From NCBI GenBank assembly GCA_963674705.1, contig OY771506.1:2304001-2368000 (forward strand): a stretch of 64,000 nt of DNA. The letters run 5' to 3'. The translations under genes were made by a program, and so were the position numbers. The notes under the pieces are model-generated. The model was not told the origin of the DNA. It saw only the letters and a program-made list of their open reading frames with translations, and ran no database searches. Positions 58,144 through 64,000 of this stretch are shown here, piece by piece (position 1 is the stretch's first letter; the number at the start of each line of letters is the position of its first letter). This DNA is from Phycisphaeraceae bacterium (GTDB taxonomy: Bacteria > Planctomycetota > Phycisphaerae > Phycisphaerales > Phycisphaeraceae).

Positions 58144-58521
58144 CTAAAGCTTACTCTCAACAAACTTCACCATGCTCTCGACGGTGAAGATGTTAGGAAA
58201 TTCATCGACCTGACGGGATTCATCGAACGCATCCAGATCGGCGTGGGGCAGTTGCTTACGCAGTTCTTCCATGCCCTTGTCCGTGACCTTACCGTCCTGC
58301 ACATACTGCGGATCGCTCAGGACGTTGTCCGCCATCAGCTCGGCCTGGTTGATCTTGATACCGAACGCCTTCTCCAAACGGAAGACGATGTCCAGGTAGT
58401 CGATCGACTCGGCGCCGAGGTCGCCGCCCAGCGTCGCTTCGGGGGTTACTTCGTCCTCGTCCACGCCTAAGGCATCTTCCAGGACCTCACGGACTTTTTC
58501 GAATACTTCGTCATGCGTCAT
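58144..58521 (-). CDS. Long (125 aa) acyl carrier protein
   Basis: DLGAESIDYLDI (Ppant Ser), an internal insertion of about 45 aa, and a FTV..MV.FV end; GGAG RBS. Confidence 0.88.
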   Translation of the reverse strand: MTHDEVFEKVREVLEDALGVDEDEVTPEATLGGDLGAESIDYLDIVFRLEKAFGIKINQAELMADNVLSDPQYVQDGKVTDKGMEELRKQLPHADLDAFDESRQVDEFPNIFTVESMVKFVESKL

Positions 58522-58561
58522 CTTGGTTATCTCCGATCGTGCGTCGTTTGCATCTGGTCGT

Positions 58562-58948
58562 TTATGCCACGTCCAACGGCTCAAGCCTGAACCGGCCCTG
58601 GACGGCCAACTGTCCTTCCACCGTCCCCTCGCCCTGGAACTCAAAGCCCGTTTCGTCCTGTTTCCGCAGGCTGACTTTGACCTCTAACGCCTGGCCCGGC
58701 CGGACCATATTACCGTAACGCACGTTTCGCACACGCGTCACGACCAACGGTCCACCCGGCGGCTCGTCAGATCCGGCCACAAACAGACGTCCGGCCTGGA
58801 CCATCGCCTCCAGCATCATCACGCCCGGCAGCACCGGGAAGCCCGGGAAGTGGTCCGCGAGGTACTCCTCCGCGGCTGTCACCGTCTTGATGCCGGTCAA
58901 CGAGTCCGCCTGACGGTCCAAAATCCTGTCTATTAACTCGAATCGCAA
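58562..58948 (-). CDS. FabZ-like 3-hydroxyacyl-ACP dehydratase
   Basis: FELIDRI, EEYLADHFPGFPVLPGVMMLEA and V.PG motifs; TTG start. Confidence 0.85.
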   Translation of the reverse strand: MRFELIDRILDRQADSLTGIKTVTAAEEYLADHFPGFPVLPGVMMLEAMVQAGRLFVAGSDEPPGGPLVVTRVRNVRYGNMVRPGQALEVKVSLRKQDETGFEFQGEGTVEGQLAVQGRFRLEPLDVA

Positions 58949-59137
58949 TGTTGCTGTTCCCGGGACCTGGGGTCCTCAACGAAAACGGCGAGTGTAGTAA
59001 CGCGCCCAACGGCCTGCAACAAGACCGCTTGATTCTCTGGGACCCATCCACAATCCCCGGCTTCCACGCTACAATACCCCGCGACCTACCCTAAAGGGCG
59101 CCGTTTGGCTTGTCGGGCCCGTCCCACAAGACGTTTT

Positions 59138-60013
59138 ATGCACATGAGCGACCTGATGATCTATCTCAACGGCCATTTTATTCCCAAAGATGACGCCATA
59201 ATCAATGTAGACGAATGGGGCATGCTCTACGCCTACGGCGTCTACGAGGTGCTGCGGTACTACGCCGGCAAACCCCTGGGCATGGACCTGCACCTGCAGC
59301 GGATGTGCCAGAGCCTGGAACGCATCCGGATCGCCCAGCCCGCCGACTTCGATCGCTTTCCCCAGATCGCTCAGGAACTGCTTGCCAAGAACAACCAGAT
59401 CGACGCTCGCATTTACTGGCAGATCACGCTCGGTGTCGCCCCACGCAAGCCCAGGATATCCGAGGACATGATCCCAACGGTCCTCATCACTTCCAACCCC
59501 ATGCCCGCGCTGGATATGGATGAGCAGGTGGTCACCAAATCCGCGGTCTTCGCCCCGGACGAGCGGTGGAGCAACTGCTGGATCAAGTCTCTGATGCTTT
59601 TGCCCAACGTCCTGGCCGCCAACAAGGCTTTCGAAGCCGGCTACGATGCCGCCATCCTGCACCGCGGGGATGTCGTCACCGAGGCGACCAACGCCAATGT
59701 CATGATCGTCAAGGACGGCCAGTTCTTCACCCACCCGGCCGACCGCTTCATCCTCAACGGCGTCACCCGCCAGCTTGTGCTCAAACTCGCCCGCAAGCTC
59801 GATATCCCCGTCCGCGAAGAGCACTACAGCCCCGATCAACTATTCAGCGCTGACGAAGTCATCCTCACCGGCACGACCGTCCACGTCGCCGCCATCACCC
59901 ACGTCGATGACAAGGTCATCAGCGACGGTAAGGTCGGCCCCGTGACTCAGCGCCTGCATGATGCATTCATCCAGCTCATCACTGATGAATGCCTATCCAA
60001 ACAAACGGTGTGA
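59138..60013 (+). CDS. Class IV aminotransferase (D-amino-acid transaminase-like)
   Basis: GVYEV.R, HLQR, IYWQITLG..PR, IKSL.LLPN, VTE....N, ILNGVTR and ADEV..TGT motifs. Confidence 0.85.
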   Translation: MHMSDLMIYLNGHFIPKDDAIINVDEWGMLYAYGVYEVLRYYAGKPLGMDLHLQRMCQSLERIRIAQPADFDRFPQIAQELLAKNNQIDARIYWQITLGVAPRKPRISEDMIPTVLITSNPMPALDMDEQVVTKSAVFAPDERWSNCWIKSLMLLPNVLAANKAFEAGYDAAILHRGDVVTEATNANVMIVKDGQFFTHPADRFILNGVTRQLVLKLARKLDIPVREEHYSPDQLFSADEVILTGTTVHVAAITHVDDKVISDGKVGPVTQRLHDAFIQLITDECLSKQTV

Positions 60014-60076
60014 TCACGAGTAAAAACCCGGCAAGCAAGCCGTGCCATTCTCCCGGCTGTGCTTTATCATGTACCT

Positions 60077-61195
60077 ATGCCGGAACCGCTGATCATTGTT
60101 GGCAGCTCGGTCCGTGCCGCGGCCCAGTCTGCTGTCCGTGCAGGATTTGCCCCATGGTGTATCGACCGTCGGGGCGATCGCGACCTGCGCGAGATGCCCG
60201 GCGTCACCGTCCGTGTGGTCGGCAAGACAGACTACCCAAGCGGCATCGTCAAACTGCTGGATGAAGCACCGGGGCAGGCGAAAATCCTGCTGGCAGGCGG
60301 GCTTGATGGTGAATTCGACCTGCTCAAGGCCATCGCATTCGAACACCCGTTCCTTTCAAGCCCACCCGAAGCTGTCCGCAAAGTCCGCTGGCCCAGCGCG
60401 CTGGCGACCATCCCCACCACGCCCGGCCTCAAGCACTGCCAGACACTCACCTCCATCTCATTCCTCCGCAGACTCTGGCGGCTCGCGTTCGGTTCGTTCG
60501 GCAAAACACGCTACCTGCTCAAACCGCTTAACTCCTACGGCGGACAAGACATCACCTGGTGGCAGCCCGGCCAATCCATCGGCGCAGGTCAGTACCTTCA
60601 GCAATACGTCCGAGGCATGCCCATCAGTGCCGTCTATCACTGCGACGGATGGTCCTCCATCCTCCTTGGCGCGACCGAGCAACTCATCGGCGAATCCTGC
60701 TTCGCCGGCGCCGGCTTCGCCTACTGCGGCTCCATCGGCCCCGTCCAACTCACCGAACGCAACCGCGAAGCGCTCTCGCACCTCGGCGTCGTGCTCACCC
60801 AACGCTTCGACCTGCGCGGCATCTTCGGCATCGACCTGGTCATGGACTTCAAGGGCGATCTCTGGCCCATCGAAGTCAACCCCCGATACCCTGCCAGTGC
60901 CGAACTCATCGAAAAAATCACCGGCGCGCACGTCCTCACACCAACCGACGGCTCGCGCAAAGAAAGCAAACAACGCCCCCTGCAATTCGGCAAGGCCATC
61001 GTCTACGCGAAGAAAGACTTCAAGGCCCCGGACTACTACGCCACCTTCAGCCGCGACCAGATCGCCGACGTCCCCGAACCCGGCCGCGAAATCACCCAAG
61101 GCGCCGCCATCTGCACCGTCCAAGCCTCCGCATCATCGCGAGACGAATGTTTCAAAAAACTCAAATCGCTCGCCGAACAGGTGTACGCAACTTAG
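60077..61195 (+). CDS. ATP-grasp protein of the type linked to H4MPT/methanofuran C1-transfer genes
   Basis: GSSVRAAAQSA.RAG....ID..GD.DL, LLKP..S.GG, QQYV.G, F.YCGSIGP and IEVNPRY motifs. Confidence 0.7.
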   Translation: MPEPLIIVGSSVRAAAQSAVRAGFAPWCIDRRGDRDLREMPGVTVRVVGKTDYPSGIVKLLDEAPGQAKILLAGGLDGEFDLLKAIAFEHPFLSSPPEAVRKVRWPSALATIPTTPGLKHCQTLTSISFLRRLWRLAFGSFGKTRYLLKPLNSYGGQDITWWQPGQSIGAGQYLQQYVRGMPISAVYHCDGWSSILLGATEQLIGESCFAGAGFAYCGSIGPVQLTERNREALSHLGVVLTQRFDLRGIFGIDLVMDFKGDLWPIEVNPRYPASAELIEKITGAHVLTPTDGSRKESKQRPLQFGKAIVYAKKDFKAPDYYATFSRDQIADVPEPGREITQGAAICTVQASASSRDECFKKLKSLAEQVYAT

Positions 61196-61321
61196 CCCCC
61201 GGCTTGCCGGGGGTAAACGTACGACTTCTCATTAACCGATGCGCGCGAGCTGGCAGTTCGCGGCTATTAGATTCATGTAAACCTTCGGACATCACTAGCC
61301 GCGAGCTGCCAGCTCGCGCGC
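61193..61321. repeat. REP-like palindrome plus inverted REP doublet
   Basis: TAGCCCCCGGC-TT-GCCGGGGG; 26-bp inverted arms at 61241-61266 and 61296-61321 (one mismatch), each arm itself palindromic. Confidence 0.8.
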
Positions 61322-61342
61322 CACAACAAGCAAATACAATCT

Positions 61343-61460
61343 CACCAGCCACCAGCCACCAGCCACCAGCCACCAGCCACCAGCCACCAGCCACCAGCCA
61401 CCAGCCACCAGCCACCAGCCACCAGCCACCAGCCACCAGCCACCAGCCACCAGCCACCAG
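61343..61460 (+). repeat. Heptamer tandem array (CACCAGC) ~17 copies
   Basis: Perfect 118-bp array preceded by AATACAAT. Confidence 0.97.
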
Positions 61461-61461
61461 G

Positions 61462-61555
61462 AAACCCGCCCCTTCGCTGCGCTCAGGACCGGCGTTGACG
61501 AAACATCAGCGATTAACGATTAGCAATCAGCAATACAATCCCCACACCCCACACC
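61462..61555 (+). repeat. Composite intergenic element, copy C
   Basis: Core CCTTCGCTGCGCTCAGGACCGGCGTTG, (ATCAGCG/ATTAGCA)-type heptamers, AATACAAT, (CCCCACA)2; abuts the uppS stop codon. Confidence 0.85.
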
Positions 61556-62317
61556 CTACTCAACCACCGCACCGAACTTCCGCTTGCGGCCCGCGTACGA
61601 TTCAAACGCTTTGTACAACTGCGCTACATCAAACTCGGGCCAGCAGATGTCCGTCACGTATAGTTCAGCGTAGCTGATCTGCCAGAGCAGGTAATTGCTC
61701 AATCGCATCTCGCCGGCCGTGCGGATCAGCAGATCCGGGTCGGGTAAACCCGCTGTGTACAAGTGCTGTGCAATCGTCTCTTCACTGATCGCGTCGGGTT
61801 CGATCTCGCCGGCCTTCACCTTCTTCGCGATGTTGCGCACCGCGTCGGTGATCTCCATGCGCGAGCCGTAATTCAACGCAAGCGCAAGCGTCAGACCCGT
61901 GTTGTCTTTGGTTAACGCTACGGTTTTATCGAGTTCTTCCAGAACGCGATCCGGCAATCCCTCTCGCCTGCCGACCTGAATGAAGCGGATGTTGTTGCTG
62001 TGCAGCTCGCTGCGTTCGCCGATCAGGTACTCGACATACAGATCCATCAGGAAGTCGATTTCTTCCTGGGCACGCGTCCAGTTTTCAGTACTGAAGCTGT
62101 AGAGCGTCAGCGCTTCAAGCCCGAGCTTGGCGCACTCGGTGACCAGCGGACGAATCCGTTCGCCGCCTTCCCGATGCCCGCACGTACGGTCCTTGCCCTG
62201 CGCCTGCGCCCACCGCCCGTTGCCATCCATGATGATCGCTACATGGCGAGGCAGGTTCGCAATCGCTGATCGCTGATCGTTAATCGCTAATTTGGTTGTG
62301 GCATCGATGCCTGACAT
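61556..62317 (-). CDS. uppS: Isoprenyl transferase (undecaprenyl diphosphate synthase)
   Basis: PRHVAIIMDGNGRWA, FSTENW.R, ALNYGSR and PDLLIRTAGE.RLSNYLLWQ motifs. Confidence 0.95.
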   Translation of the reverse strand: MSGIDATTKLAINDQRSAIANLPRHVAIIMDGNGRWAQAQGKDRTCGHREGGERIRPLVTECAKLGLEALTLYSFSTENWTRAQEEIDFLMDLYVEYLIGERSELHSNNIRFIQVGRREGLPDRVLEELDKTVALTKDNTGLTLALALNYGSRMEITDAVRNIAKKVKAGEIEPDAISEETIAQHLYTAGLPDPDLLIRTAGEMRLSNYLLWQISYAELYVTDICWPEFDVAQLYKAFESYAGRKRKFGAVVE

Positions 62318-62359
62318 GACCTTAAACCTCTTCACACATTAGCAATTAAAAATCAGCGA

Positions 62360-63733
62360 TTAAACATTCTTCAAAACCGTCTGGCTTCGACGTGGCCCCA
62401 CGCTTGCCAGTACGATGGGAACACCCACGAACTGCTCGATCTTCTTGATGTACGCCTGCGCGTTGGCGGGCAGATCATCGAAGCCGCGGCATTCCTCGAC
62501 CGAGTCTTCAAACCCGGCCACCGTCTCGAACACCGGCTCCACAGCGCTCAGTACGGCCGCATTGGCGGGGAAGTTCTCGAGAACCTTGCCATTGTGCTTA
62601 TATGCCGTGCAAAGCTTCAATTCCGGCATCCCGGCCAGCACATCCAGCAGCATCAACGCGATCCCCGTCGCGCCGCTTAGCTGGGCGGTGTACTTCAGCG
62701 CCACCAGGTCCAGCCAGCCCACACGCCGCGGCCGACCGGTCGTCGTGCCATACTCTTTGCCGACCTCGCGGATGCGGTCGCCCGTCGCGTCGAACAGCTC
62801 CGTCGGCATGGGGCCGCCGCCGACGCGTGTCTGGTACGCCTTGACGATCCCCAGCACGTTCGTGACCTTGTGGCCAGGTATGCCAGTCCCCGTATGCACG
62901 CCCAGCGACGAACAGTTGCTGCTGGTGACGAACGGATACGTCCCGTGATCGATATCGAGCAGCGTCGCGTTCGCGCCTTCAAAGAGCAGACGCTTGCCTT
63001 GCTTCATCGAGTTGTGCAGCAGGTGGGCGGTGTCGCAGATGTGCGGTTTGAGCACGGCCGCAAGTTCGAGTGTGTCCTTCAACACCTTTTTCGCATCGAA
63101 CGGCTCAAACGCTTCGCCGCACTGCTGGGCCAGCGCCGCCAGGATCGTGTTCTTGACCTGGATGATCCGCGTCAGCTTCGCTTCGAGTGTTTTTTCATCC
63201 AGCAGATCGCCCACGCGGATCGCGGTCGAACGCAGCGCCTTGTCCGCGTAACAGGGGCCGATGCCTCGTCCGGTCGTGCCGATCGCCGCATCATCGCCCG
63301 ACACCTTGGCGATCGCACGCTCGTACAAAGCGTCCTGCACCTTGTGATATTCAAAGACCAGGTGCGCCCGGTCGCTGATCTTGAGGTTGTCGCCAATCTT
63401 GATGCCGTCAGCCCGGAGCGTGTTGATCTCTTTGACGACTTGTGCCGGGTCGATGACGACGCCGTTGCCCAGCACGTTGATGGCTTTTTCCGACAGTACG
63501 CCCGAGGGGATCAGGTGCAGGGCATACCGCTTGTCGCCGACCTGCACGCTGTGCCCGGCATTCGCGCCGCCGTTATATCGGACAACCAGGTCGAAACATC
63601 CCGCCAGCAGGTCCACGACCTTGCCCTTGCCCTCGTCACCCCATTGCAGGCCGACGACCGCACAGTGGCCTGTCTCCAAGCCAAGATTTTTCAGACTCTC
63701 AACGTCGGCACACACGGGGGGCTGGGCGGTCAT
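62360..63733 (-). CDS. purA: Adenylosuccinate synthetase
   Basis: GLQWGDEGKGK, GGANAGH, IGTTGRGIGPCY.DK, LD.DHGTYPFVTSS and EYGTTTGRPRR.GW motifs. Confidence 0.97.
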   Translation of the reverse strand: MTAQPPVCADVESLKNLGLETGHCAVVGLQWGDEGKGKVVDLLAGCFDLVVRYNGGANAGHSVQVGDKRYALHLIPSGVLSEKAINVLGNGVVIDPAQVVKEINTLRADGIKIGDNLKISDRAHLVFEYHKVQDALYERAIAKVSGDDAAIGTTGRGIGPCYADKALRSTAIRVGDLLDEKTLEAKLTRIIQVKNTILAALAQQCGEAFEPFDAKKVLKDTLELAAVLKPHICDTAHLLHNSMKQGKRLLFEGANATLLDIDHGTYPFVTSSNCSSLGVHTGTGIPGHKVTNVLGIVKAYQTRVGGGPMPTELFDATGDRIREVGKEYGTTTGRPRRVGWLDLVALKYTAQLSGATGIALMLLDVLAGMPELKLCTAYKHNGKVLENFPANAAVLSAVEPVFETVAGFEDSVEECRGFDDLPANAQAYIKKIEQFVGVPIVLASVGPRRSQTVLKNV

Positions 63734-63823
63734 AGCTGAACTCAATTGGGTTAGGAATGGGGTCCAAAACCGGGATTCTAGCAGTTTCCGGCCCGGAGAG
63801 CAGAGCATGTTATCAAATGATTA

Positions 63824-63852
63824 TTGCATCAAAAGTTTTTACAACCTATAAT
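63824..63852 (+). promoter_or_regulatory. Putative sigma70 promoter of the Rrf2 gene
   Basis: TTGCAT-17 bp-TATAAT. Confidence 0.6.
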
Positions 63853-63912
63853 TCTCCTGTTGCGATTCATTATCAAAATTGGGCCAAATCCACAGTACCA
63901 CGGAACTAACGC

Positions 63913-64000
63913 ATGATTTATTCAAATGCCTGCGCATACGCAATACGTGCGATGACCCGCCTCGCGATGCTTCGACCGGATGGCTACGTCCTTTTAGATG
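63913..64000 (+). CDS. Rrf2-family transcriptional regulator, 5' fragment (absent from the ORF track)
   Basis: Translates as MIYSNACAYAIRAMTRLAMLRPDGYVLLD..., matching the typical Rrf2 N-terminus (S....YA.RA...LA); open to the window end. Confidence 0.7.
   Translation, partial: MIYSNACAYAIRAMTRLAMLRPDGYVLLD

Noticed and set aside
61343..61460. Tandem arrays as possible CRISPR arrays
   Set aside because: The 7-bp units have no spacers, and there are no cas genes.
60096..61677. Overlapping + strand ORFs of 379 and 372 aa, including a (PATSHQP)n peptide
   Set aside because: These are alternative frames of the ATP-grasp gene plus read-through of the heptamer array; the composition is low-complexity.

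Overview
A 64-kb, moderately GC-rich chromosomal segment. It probably comes from a planctomycete, likely Phycisphaerae; this is an inference from the DUF4159/prenyltransferase-fold protein, the dockerin-like PEP-CTERM protein, the long-ACP fabZ-acp-fabZ cluster and the H4MPT-type ATP-grasp gene. There are about 52 CDS, mostly housekeeping or metabolic: metY, a metX-metW fusion, acs, rtcB, pyrH-frr, mqnC, a Pat-like gene, alr, a DEAD-box helicase, atpG, mutL, rsmA, larB-nnrD, uppS and purA. Signalling genes include a CHASE-PAS-GGDEF-EAL protein, three chemoreceptors with a stand-alone periplasmic sensor, a SigK/RskA/fasciclin module, a WYL regulator and the start of an Rrf2 regulator. I found no rRNA, tRNA, CRISPR array, transposase or integrase. 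The most unusual signals are non-coding: (i) a modular family of 7-bp tandem arrays and a shared ~23-bp core that abut start and stop codons and even sit in frame inside rsmA, uppS and mutL; (ii) a ~213-nt rod-like hairpin with strand-biased G-U pairs between alr and the DEAD-box gene; (iii) a multibranch RNA-like structure plus a GTGCCA-N6-TGGCAC palindrome upstream of larB, near the WYL gene; (iv) many apparently leaderless genes; (v) an ~800-bp near-identical block shared by two chemoreceptor genes. All calls come from reading motifs by eye; no database search was run.
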